Below, piece by piece: positions 27,354-35,847 of a stretch of DNA of 60,677 nucleotides. Source of the DNA: an uncultured Clostridia bacterium (lineage in GTDB: Bacteria; Bacillota; Clostridia; TANB77; CAG-508); assembly GCA_947626555.1 (NCBI GenBank), contig CANQSP010000002.1, positions 1 through 60,677 on the forward strand. The letters run 5' to 3'. A program made the position numbers and the translations under genes. The notes beneath the pieces are model-generated. The model worked only from the letters and a program-made list of their open reading frames with translations, did not search any database and had not been told where the DNA came from. Position 1 is the stretch's first letter. The number at the start of each line of letters is the position of its first letter.

Positions 27354-27396
27354 AGCAGACTTTCGTATTTTTAATAAACTCGAAGGTCTGCTTTTC
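27354..27396 (+). terminator. rho-independent terminator of the two-ORF insert
   Basis: AGCAGACTTTCG-loop-CGAAGGTCTGCT followed by TTTTC. It abuts the fabZ stop codon (27397). Confidence 0.75.
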
Positions 27397-27819
27397 TTAT
27401 ACTATCGCAAAAGTAAGTTTCCCTTTAGCTGCAACTTTCCCATCAACTGTTGCTATAGCCTCTCCCACACCCACAGGTCCTTTCCTTTTTATTATTTTTA
27501 CTTCTAATTTCAATGTATCACCTGGCACTACTTGCTTTTTAAATCTTAAATTATCTATACCTCCAAAAAGTGCATTCTTTCCTTTATTTTCTTCCATAGA
27601 CAATATTGCAACTGCACCTGTTTGTGCCAAAGCTTCTACAATTAATACCCCAGGCATTATTGGTTGCCCAGGAAAATGCCCTGCAAAATAAGGTTCATTA
27701 ATACATACATTTTTATATGCTATACAGCTTTCTCCTGGAACATATTCTTCTACTCTATCTATCATTAAAAATGGTGCTCTCTGAGGTATTATTTTCATTA
27801 TCTCATTTATATCTAACAT
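27397..27819 (-). CDS. fabZ: 3-hydroxyacyl-ACP dehydratase
   Basis: [10 protein letters not shown]-like [34 protein letters not shown] hot-dog motif. 140 aa. Confidence 0.95.
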   Translation of the reverse strand: MLDINEIMKIIPQRAPFLMIDRVEEYVPGESCIAYKNVCINEPYFAGHFPGQPIMPGVLIVEALAQTGAVAILSMEENKGKNALFGGIDNLRFKKQVVPGDTLKLEVKIIKRKGPVGVGEAIATVDGKVAAKGKLTFAIV

Positions 27820-27833
27820 CTCTTTTCCTTTCT

Positions 27834-28179
27834 GCTAAACTATTAGGGACGGGGTTAAATAGTTTAGCACTAAGCTATTTCTTAAGTTAAACTATTAGGG
27901 ACGGAGTTAAATAGTTTAACAACTTAATTGTTATATAGCAAAACATTAATATTATATATTTTGTAGTGATTCGTGGGGACCGTTTTAGAAAATGTTACGA
28001 ACGTATGTGAGTTACATTTTCTTAAATGGGGCAACGCAAAAATATATAATATTCATGTTTTGCAAATAATATAAATAAAATTTTCTTAAACTATTTAACT
28101 CCGTCCCTAATAGTTTAACTGTTACTTTGCAAATTACTAATTGTGCTAAACTATTTAACCCCGTCCCTAATAGTTTAGC
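27834..28179. mobile_element. nested-palindrome element, copy C (inside the acc/fab operon)
   Basis: Outer modules 27834-27868 and 28145-28179 are perfect inverted repeats. Inner modules 27886-27920 and 28085-28119. Core stem 27938-27962 with 28039-28063 (one mismatch). Confidence 0.7.
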
Positions 28180-28645
28180 TTTTTATTTTAAATAATGGAG
28201 TTCCATACTCTACCATATCTTCATTTTTAACACATACTTCAACTATTTCTCCATCAAAATCAGATTCTATTTCATTCATTAATTTCATAGCTTCCACAAT
28301 GCACAAGACTTGACCTTGTGAAACTTGGTCCCCTACTTTTACAAAAGGATTATCTTTTGGAGAATTGCTACTGTAAAAAGTTCCTACCATTGGAGATTTA
28401 ATTACTTTTAAGTTTTCTTCTGCTTCATTCTCTTTTTTATCTATATTTTCAGGGATTACTATTTTTTGAACTTTGTTAACTGTTATTTCATTATTAGTAG
28501 AATCTATTTGCCTCTCCAATTCCTTTTCTTTTGACATACTAATTTTAGTTCCATCCGAAAATTCGATATTTAGGTTATCTATTTTAGAATTTCCCATATC
28601 CTCCATTAACTTTTTAATATTTTCATAATCCATATTAAAATTCAT
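28175..28645 (-). CDS. accB: biotin carboxyl carrier protein
   Basis: Biotinyl domain with the EAMKLMNEIE biotinylation motif. Stop codon TAA (28175-28177) lies inside element copy C. Confidence 0.92.
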   Translation of the reverse strand: MNFNMDYENIKKLMEDMGNSKIDNLNIEFSDGTKISMSKEKELERQIDSTNNEITVNKVQKIVIPENIDKKENEAEENLKVIKSPMVGTFYSSNSPKDNPFVKVGDQVSQGQVLCIVEAMKLMNEIESDFDGEIVEVCVKNEDMVEYGTPLFKIKS

Positions 28646-28692
28646 TCCTTTCTTTCTAATTAGCCATTACATATTCTATAATTATTTTTTAT

Positions 28693-29931
28693 TTATCCTT
28701 CATACTTTTTAAATAATATAGAACTATTATGTCCTCCAAATCCCAAAGAATTTGACATCGCATATTCTACATTAACTTTCCTACCTTCATTTGGTACAAT
28801 ATCTAAATCACATTCTTCATCTTTTACTTTATAATTTATTGTTGGAGGTACAAAATTATCTTGTATTGCCTTTGCAATAACTACAGCTTCAATACCGCCT
28901 GCTGCACCTAATAAATGACCTGTATTTCCTTTTGTAGAACTCATCATTACATTTTTACTTGCATCTCCAAAGGCTAATTTTACTGCAAGAGTTTCTCCTA
29001 AATCATTTAAATGTGTAGATGTTCCATGTGCATTTATATATGTTATATCTTCTGGTTTTACATTTGCTTCTTCCATTGCAATTTTCATTGCTTTAGCTGC
29101 TCCACTTCCGTCTGGTGATGGAGATGTTATATGATATGCATCTGAAGTTGCTCCATATCCTACTACTTCTGCATATATTTTTGCTTTTCTTTTTAATGCA
29201 TGTTCTAATTCTTCTAAAACAAGTATGCCTGAACCTTCTCCCATTATAAATCCGCTTCTTTCTTTGTCAAAAGGTATACTTGCTCTATTTTTATCTTCTT
29301 CTCTACTTAAAGCTTTTATATTTGTAAAACCTGCTATTCCTGTTGGTGTTATAGAAGCTTCTGCTCCTCCTACTAACATAACATCTTGATATCCATGTTT
29401 TATAGTTCTAAAACCTTCTCCAATAGAATGTGTTCCACCTGCACAAGCTGTTACTATTGACATGGATTCTCCTTTTATTCCTAATTCTATTGCTATATTT
29501 CCTGCTGCCATATTAACTATTGACATTGGTATATACATTGGAGACACCCTATCTGGTCCTTTTTCCACCAATGCTCTATTATCTTTTTCTATTGTCGAAA
29601 GCCCTCCAATTCCTGCACTTACAATAATTCCTACTCTTTCCATGTCTGTATTTTCCAGAGTAATTTTTGCATCGTTTAACGCTTCTTTAGCAGCTATTAC
29701 AGCATATTGAGAAAATAAATCCATTCTCTTAGATGCCTTCCTATCAAAATAATCATCTGGGTTATAATTTTTTACTTCTGCTGCAAGCTTTACCTTAAAA
29801 TCAGTTGTATCGAAATGAGTAATTTTATCAATTCCACACTTTCCATTTTTTATTCCATTCCAAAATTCTTCTACATTATTTCCTATTGGTGTAATTGCTC
29901 CTAAGCCAGTAATAACAACTCTCTTCTCCAT
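28693..29931 (-). CDS. fabF: 3-oxoacyl-ACP synthase II
   Basis: 412 aa. Active-site region SIVTACAGGTHSIG, HGTSTHLND, GHLLGAAG. Confidence 0.95.
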   Translation of the reverse strand: MEKRVVITGLGAITPIGNNVEEFWNGIKNGKCGIDKITHFDTTDFKVKLAAEVKNYNPDDYFDRKASKRMDLFSQYAVIAAKEALNDAKITLENTDMERVGIIVSAGIGGLSTIEKDNRALVEKGPDRVSPMYIPMSIVNMAAGNIAIELGIKGESMSIVTACAGGTHSIGEGFRTIKHGYQDVMLVGGAEASITPTGIAGFTNIKALSREEDKNRASIPFDKERSGFIMGEGSGILVLEELEHALKRKAKIYAEVVGYGATSDAYHITSPSPDGSGAAKAMKIAMEEANVKPEDITYINAHGTSTHLNDLGETLAVKLAFGDASKNVMMSSTKGNTGHLLGAAGGIEAVVIAKAIQDNFVPPTINYKVKDEECDLDIVPNEGRKVNVEYAMSNSLGFGGHNSSILFKKYEG

Positions 29932-30016
29932 TTTTATATCTTCCTTTCTTCTTTAGAGAACATTCCCTTGTATTCATTTTTTCAAACATAAGTAGTGTTC
30001 CTCTAATTTTCATATC

Positions 30017-30766
30017 CTACATTACCATTCCTCCATCAATATTTATAACTTGACCAGTTATGTATGAACTTTCTTCACTACCTAAAAAATAAATGACATT
30101 TGCAACTTCTTCAGCAGAGCCCATCCTTTTTAAAGGAATTTGAGCATTTATGCCTTCTTTTACAGTATCTGATAAAACATCTGTCATATCTGTTTTTATA
30201 AATCCTGGTGCTACAGCATTCACTCTTATATTTCTTGAGGCAAGTTCTTTTGCTAGACTTTTAGTAAATCCAATTATTCCAGCCTTTGATGCAGAATAAT
30301 TACATTGTCCTGCGTTTCCAACTACTCCTACTACTGATGATAAATTAATAATGCTCCCCTCTTTTTTCTTCATCATGTATGGAACAGCTGCCTTTGTTAC
30401 ATTAAATACACCTTTTAAATTTACTTGTATTACTCTATCAAATTCTTCTTCCTTCATTCTAATTAAAAGTGAATCTTTGGTTATTCCTGCATTATTTACC
30501 AAAACATCTATCTTTCCAAACTTTTCTATTGCCTGTTTTATCATTTCTTCTGATGCCTCATATGACGTTACATCTGACTTTATTAATAAAACATCTATGT
30601 CACTGTTTTGTGCTTTTATTTCTTTTTCTAAACTTTCTATATCTGTTTTATCTGATACATAATTTATTACTACATTAAAGCCTTGTTTTGCAAACCTTAA
30701 TGCTACTTGCTTTCCTATTCCTCTTGACCCTCCTGTAATTAAAGCTACTTTTTTATCATCTTCCAT
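30017..30766 (-). CDS. fabG: 3-oxoacyl-ACP reductase
   Basis: TGGSRGIG cofactor motif, NNAG, and YSASKAG catalytic motif. Sits within the fab cluster. Confidence 0.93.
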   Translation of the reverse strand: MEDDKKVALITGGSRGIGKQVALRFAKQGFNVVINYVSDKTDIESLEKEIKAQNSDIDVLLIKSDVTSYEASEEMIKQAIEKFGKIDVLVNNAGITKDSLLIRMKEEEFDRVIQVNLKGVFNVTKAAVPYMMKKKEGSIINLSSVVGVVGNAGQCNYSASKAGIIGFTKSLAKELASRNIRVNAVAPGFIKTDMTDVLSDTVKEGINAQIPLKRMGSAEEVANVIYFLGSEESSYITGQVINIDGGMVM

Positions 30767-30890
30767 TATAAAAATCTTCCTTTCTTAAATCCATTAAAGT
30801 ATCATAATATGCAATTTACACAGTACTTCTCCAAATAACTTACAATACACTCAAATATATGTACTTTTCAAATCTTCTAAATAATTTACA

Positions 30891-31787
30891 CTAAAATAGC
30901 TCGCTTGCATTATATACTTTAGCATCTTTATTTTCTTTTCTTACAAATCCAGTTAATACTTTTCCCGGCCCCACTTCTACAAAAGTATCTATTCCTTTTT
31001 CAAACATTAAATTTATTGCTTTATCAAACCTTACTGGGCTTATAATATGTTTTGCTAATATTTCTTTTATATTATCTTCTTTTTGGTACAATGTGCCGTC
31101 TATATTTTTTATTACTGGAATATTGCCTATGTTAAATCTTACTTTTTCCAATTCTTTTTCATATTTTTCTTTTGCTTCTTTTAGTTTTTCTGTATGAAAT
31201 GGTCCACTTGTATTTAACTTAACTACCTTTTTTGCGCCATTTTCCTTTAAAGCTTCCATTGCAATTTCAACTGCATCACTATTTCCAGATATTACTGTTT
31301 GTGATGAATAATTATAATTTGCAGGGACTACAAACTTTCCTTTGCTTCTTATGTTGCTACATATTTCTTCTATTTTTTTACTATCTAACCCTATAATGGC
31401 TGACATTGAATATTCTTCTTTTGGCACATAATTTGCCATATAGTAACCTCTTTGTTTTAGCAACTTTATTCCATCTTCAAAGCTCAAATACCCTCCATAT
31501 ATTAAAGCTGGATATTCACCAAGACTTAGGCCAGTTGCAATTTCTGCCTTTATTCCTTTTTGTTTTAAAACTTCAAGCATTGCCAAGCTTGTGGTTGCAA
31601 TAGCAATTTGTGTAAACTCTGTGTTATCTATTCCTTCACCTTCAAAGCAAATCTTTTTTATGTCCATTCCTGAAATTTCTGAAGCTTTTTCATATACTGT
31701 TCTTGCTTCTTCGTATTTTTCATATATTTCTTTTCCCATTCCAACTGTTTGTGCGCCTTGCCCTGGGAATAAAAATGCTACTTTCAT
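30891..31787 (-). CDS. fabD: malonyl CoA-ACP transacylase
   Basis: FLFPGQGAQ N-terminus and GLSLGEY active-site serine motif. Confidence 0.94.
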   Translation of the reverse strand: MKVAFLFPGQGAQTVGMGKEIYEKYEEARTVYEKASEISGMDIKKICFEGEGIDNTEFTQIAIATTSLAMLEVLKQKGIKAEIATGLSLGEYPALIYGGYLSFEDGIKLLKQRGYYMANYVPKEEYSMSAIIGLDSKKIEEICSNIRSKGKFVVPANYNYSSQTVISGNSDAVEIAMEALKENGAKKVVKLNTSGPFHTEKLKEAKEKYEKELEKVRFNIGNIPVIKNIDGTLYQKEDNIKEILAKHIISPVRFDKAINLMFEKGIDTFVEVGPGKVLTGFVRKENKDAKVYNASELF

Positions 31788-31901
31788 CTATATATTCCTC
31801 CAATTGCATAGTTACATTGATTTTTTATTTAAATATATTTTCTTTATAACTTAATTTTGATTTAAATCTTATTTGTAACTTATATTTAGTTAAATCTTGC
31901 A

Positions 31902-31980
31902 TTAATTTTACATTTATGTTTTAATTTTATATTTATCTTTCAATTTTATATTTATCTTTTAATTTTACATTTATGTTTTT
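31902..31980. repeat. four ~20-bp AT-rich tandem units (TTAATTTTACATTTATGTT / TTAATTTTATATTTATCTTT), A-B-B-A order
   Basis: Read directly in the fabH-fabD spacer. Confidence 0.6.
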
Positions 31981-32897
31981 TATATTTCTAGCAATATACT
32001 TCCTGTATTTAGTCCTCCACCATAGCCTAAAAGAATTATTTTATCTCCATCTTGTAACATATTCTTTTCAAACATTTCATTTAAAGCGATTGGTATACTT
32101 GCACAAAAGGTATTCCCAACATATTGAATATCTTTAAACATTTTTTCTTCTGGTATATTTAGCTTTGCAGTAATTGAATTTAAAATTCTTAAGTTTGATT
32201 GATGTGGAATTATATATTTTATACTATCTAAATTTTCTCCTGCAATCTCTAGTAGTTCATTAATATTTTTTACCGTCTCTGTAACTGCATATTTGTATAC
32301 CGCTTTTCCATCCATATATATTTTAGATGTTGCTAAGCATGTTAATATTTCTGAATTTTTGCCATCACTTTTGATATTACTTTCATATTTTTTTTCTATA
32401 TCCTCCTCTTGAATTACAGTAGCACCTGCACCATCTGACAGTATAATTGCAGTTCCAATATCCTCTTCATTAACATATTTCGAAAGTATATCTACCCCAA
32501 TTATCATTGCAGTTTTTACTTTTCCTATAGCTATATAATTTCTTGCTATATCAAATGCATTTATATATCCACTACAGCCAGCTAGAATATCTAAGCACAT
32601 ACAGTTTTCTATTTGCAATTCTTTTTGTACTAAATATGAAATTCCTGGCATCAATCTTTGAGTCGTTGTACTAGCTACTATTATTAAATCTATATTAATT
32701 GTTTTATTTTTTATTGCTTCTTTTGCTGATTTAACTGCCATCTCTACTATATCTTCATTTGCATAATATCTTGTTCTTATTCCTGTTCTTTTTTCTATAT
32801 ATTCATCTGTAACTTTATATTTTTGAGCTAACATTTTGTTATCGATTTTTATTTCTGGTAGAAATTTTCCCGTTGATATTATTTTTATATGTTCCAT
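31980..32897 (-). CDS. fabH: 3-oxoacyl-ACP synthase III
   Basis: 305 aa. LDILAGCSGYINA active-site Cys region, IPHQSNLRI, and YVGNTFCASIP. Confidence 0.94.
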   Translation of the reverse strand: MEHIKIISTGKFLPEIKIDNKMLAQKYKVTDEYIEKRTGIRTRYYANEDIVEMAVKSAKEAIKNKTINIDLIIVASTTTQRLMPGISYLVQKELQIENCMCLDILAGCSGYINAFDIARNYIAIGKVKTAMIIGVDILSKYVNEEDIGTAIILSDGAGATVIQEEDIEKKYESNIKSDGKNSEILTCLATSKIYMDGKAVYKYAVTETVKNINELLEIAGENLDSIKYIIPHQSNLRILNSITAKLNIPEEKMFKDIQYVGNTFCASIPIALNEMFEKNMLQDGDKIILLGYGGGLNTGSILLEI

Positions 32898-32957
32898 TTG
32901 TACCTCTTTAAATTTTTATTTTTATATTTATATACCTTTTTAATATATTTTTCTATT

Positions 32958-32975
32958 AGTCTGACTGGTCAGATT
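32958..32975. promoter_or_regulatory. 18-bp palindrome upstream of fabH (candidate FASII repressor operator)
   Basis: AGTCTGAC-TG-GTCAGATT, with 7 of 8 arm positions complementary, 61 nt upstream of the fabH ATG. Confidence 0.4.
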
Positions 32976-33178
32976 CTATTACCTTGCGATAACCCTAACT
33001 AAATACATATCTGAGTCTACTTTTGTAATCTTACTTTAGTCAATAGTCCTTTATTTTTTTGTATTTTTGTGATAAAATAACACAAATTAATATAAAATAA
33101 ATGTTACTATAATGCATTAACATCATACGAATTCAAAAAAACATAAATTATCAAACATATGAAAGGAATAAGGTTAAA

Positions 33179-35620
33179 ATGACTGAAGATTATTTAAATA
33201 AACTTGAATTCAAAGAAATTAAATTAAAATTAGAAAAACACTGTAAAACTTATATAGCCAAAGAAAAGGCAAGAAATTTAGTACCTAGCTTTAAGAAATT
33301 GCAAGTAGAAAGTTTACTTTCCGAAACACTTGAAGCTTCAAATTTATGCGTTAGAAAATCTAACTTACCTAGCAATGAAATAGCTGACATATCTATTGCA
33401 ATAAAAAGCTTGCAAAGCGGTAACTCTTTAAGTGCAAAGTCTTTATTGGAAATTGCAAACATCTTGAAACTTGCAAGAGAATTTAAAGAATATTTTTATA
33501 AAGACGAAGAATTTGATATTTCTGCATTTCCAAAATTAGATGGATATTTTTCTAGTTTATATTCAAACCCAAATATTGAAAGTAAAATATTTTCAAGTAT
33601 TATAGATGAAGAAAATATTTCAGATGATGCTTCTTCACAGCTTTCTTCTTTAAGAAGAAATAGAAGAAAATTAGAAGCAGATATTAAAAATACTTTAGGA
33701 AATTTAATTCATTCTTCAACTTATTCAAAATATATAATGGAACCTATTATTACAATTAGGAATGATAGGTACGTTATACCTGTAAAAGAAGAATATCGAG
33801 GAAATGTTAAAGGTTTTATACATGACATGTCTGCAAGTGGCTCTACCGTGTTTATTGAGCCAATGTCCGTTTTTGAAATGAATAATAAAATTAATAATTT
33901 AAAAATAGAAGAAAATATAGAAATTGAAAAAATATTACAAAATTTATCTAGCTTATTGTTTAATTACACAAATGAGCTTTCTACTGATGTAAATTTAATT
34001 GGAACTTTAGATTTTATTTTTGCCAAAGCTAACTTTTCTAAAGAAATTGGCGGTATTTTACCTAAAATTAATGATACTAAATCCATTAATCTAATTCAAG
34101 CACGCCATCCATTAATTGATGAAAATGTAGTTGTACCAATAGATATAGAAATTGGTTCAAAATATAATTCATTAATTATTACAGGACCAAACACTGGTGG
34201 AAAAACTGTTACTTTAAAAACTTGCGGATTGCTTTGCATTATGGCATATTGTGGACTTTTTATTCCTGCAAGTGAAAACTCTAGTGTTTATGTTTTTGAT
34301 AATGTTTTTGCAGATATAGGAGATGAACAAAGTATTCAAGAGTCTTTAAGTACTTTCTCTTCTCATATGTTAAACATAGTAAATATAATAAAGCATGCTA
34401 CTTCTAATAGTCTGGTTTTATTAGATGAACTTGGCTCTGGTACAGATCCACTAGAAGGTGCAAATTTAGCAATTAGTATCTTAGAACATTTTAATAAATT
34501 AGGTACTATTACCATTGCTACAACACATTATCAAGAAATAAAAAATTATGCTCTTGTAAATGACGGTTTTGAAAATGCAAGTTCTGAATTTGATATTGAG
34601 CATTTAAAACCAACGTACAAGCTATTAATTGGAATTCCTGGAAAAAGTAATGCTTTTGCAATTAGCCAAAAATTAGGTCTTCCCGACACTATTTTAAATA
34701 GGGCAAAACAACTTTTAAATAATGATGATATAAGCATTGAAGAACTTTTAAAAAATATTTATGATGATAAAATACAAATTGAAAGAGAAAAAAATGAAAT
34801 TACAAAAAACTTAAATCAAGTTCAATCTTTAAGGAAATCTTTAGAAAAAGATAACTCTAGGCAAAAAGAAAGGGAAAAACAACTTGCCGAAAATGCAAAA
34901 ATTCAAGCTCAAGACATTATTCTTTCAGCTAAAGATGAGGCAAACTCTACTATTAAAGAGTTGGATAATATTTATGCAAAATTCAAAAATTTAGAAAATA
35001 TTGATTTTACTTCACTTAATGACACTGAAATTGCAAATATTATAAGAAATAACTTCGATGTCTCTTCTATTTCAAGGGCTAATAAATTTAGAAACAAACT
35101 AAATGAAAGCTTATCTTCAATAAACCGTAACCCTGGAGAAGAAACTTCTACTGTACTTACTAAAAAGGATTTAAAAGTTGGCATGATTGTAAATTTAAAA
35201 AATATTAATGAACCTGCTACTATCTATTCCCTATCTGGAAAAAATGACTCTTTGCAAGTTCAAATTGGAAGTGCAAAACTTACAATAAAAGTTAGTGATA
35301 TTTTAAACATTAAAGCCAATACTAAAAGCCATACTAATTCTAAAGTTAATTATAGTAATTCAGAAAAAGCAAAACATATTAATACTGAAATTAATGTAAT
35401 TGGTCAAAATGTTGACGAAGCCATTTTTGTTATAGATAAATATTTGGACGATTGCTATATTTCAAAGCTTAGCCCTATTCGTATTGTTCATGGTAAGGGT
35501 ACTGGCAAACTTCGCGAGGGTATTCACGCATTTTTAAAAAATCACCCTCATGTTAAAAGTTTTAGACTTGGCACCTTTGGTGAAGGTGAAATGGGAGTTA
35601 CTATTGTAGAATTAAATTAA
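33179..35620 (+). CDS. mutS2: endonuclease MutS2
   Basis: 813 aa. Walker A GPNTGGKTVTLKT, LLDELGSGTDP, and C-terminal Smr domain (IRIVHGKGTGKLREGI). Confidence 0.95.
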   Translation: MTEDYLNKLEFKEIKLKLEKHCKTYIAKEKARNLVPSFKKLQVESLLSETLEASNLCVRKSNLPSNEIADISIAIKSLQSGNSLSAKSLLEIANILKLAREFKEYFYKDEEFDISAFPKLDGYFSSLYSNPNIESKIFSSIIDEENISDDASSQLSSLRRNRRKLEADIKNTLGNLIHSSTYSKYIMEPIITIRNDRYVIPVKEEYRGNVKGFIHDMSASGSTVFIEPMSVFEMNNKINNLKIEENIEIEKILQNLSSLLFNYTNELSTDVNLIGTLDFIFAKANFSKEIGGILPKINDTKSINLIQARHPLIDENVVVPIDIEIGSKYNSLIITGPNTGGKTVTLKTCGLLCIMAYCGLFIPASENSSVYVFDNVFADIGDEQSIQESLSTFSSHMLNIVNIIKHATSNSLVLLDELGSGTDPLEGANLAISILEHFNKLGTITIATTHYQEIKNYALVNDGFENASSEFDIEHLKPTYKLLIGIPGKSNAFAISQKLGLPDTILNRAKQLLNNDDISIEELLKNIYDDKIQIEREKNEITKNLNQVQSLRKSLEKDNSRQKEREKQLAENAKIQAQDIILSAKDEANSTIKELDNIYAKFKNLENIDFTSLNDTEIANIIRNNFDVSSISRANKFRNKLNESLSSINRNPGEETSTVLTKKDLKVGMIVNLKNINEPATIYSLSGKNDSLQVQIGSAKLTIKVSDILNIKANTKSHTNSKVNYSNSEKAKHINTEINVIGQNVDEAIFVIDKYLDDCYISKLSPIRIVHGKGTGKLREGIHAFLKNHPHVKSFRLGTFGEGEMGVTIVELN

Positions 35621-35630
35621 TTGAATTTAA

Positions 35631-35705
35631 AACACGGACTTTTGCGTTTGATTTTCAAGCAACAGTTGCTTAATGATTTGAAAATCGAACACCAAGGTCC
35701 GCGTT
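35631..35705. repeat. long imperfect inverted repeat (28-nt arms)
   Basis: AACACGGACTTTTGCGTTTGATTTTCAA (35631-35658) versus TTGAAAATCGAACACCAAGGTCCGCGTT (35678-35705). 23 Watson-Crick pairs and 2 G-U out of 28 positions. Confidence 0.7.
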
Positions 35706-35845
35706 AAAATTTCATTTTGTAACCCAAATTTCCCATCTTTAAAATTTATTTTTGTAACTCAAGGTCTACGCCTTTAAAATTTATTTCTATAAATCAAGTT
35801 CCCCGTCTTCAAAATTTATTTTTTTACTCAAGGTTCTTCCTTTAT
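35706..35845. repeat. four exact-period 35-bp tandem repeats (AAAATTTATTTTTGTAACTCAAGGTCnnCGCCTTT-like)
   Basis: Units start at 35706, 35741, 35776 and 35811. The right arm of the preceding hairpin resembles a fifth unit. Confidence 0.75.
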
Positions 35846-35847
35846 TA

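Noticed and set aside
8472-28179. Could the recurring 35-nt palindromic modules be CRISPR repeats?
   Set aside because: The modules occur as inverted pairs with 15-25-nt spacers, inside a larger unit that is itself repeated nearly identically at three loci. There are no unique spacers of CRISPR length, no direct-repeat array and no cas genes.
31902-31980. 20-bp AT-rich tandem units between fabH and fabD as a regulatory array
   Set aside because: The units are very AT-rich and low in complexity, in a 190-bp operon spacer. This is not distinguishable from slippage. It is listed as a repeat feature only.
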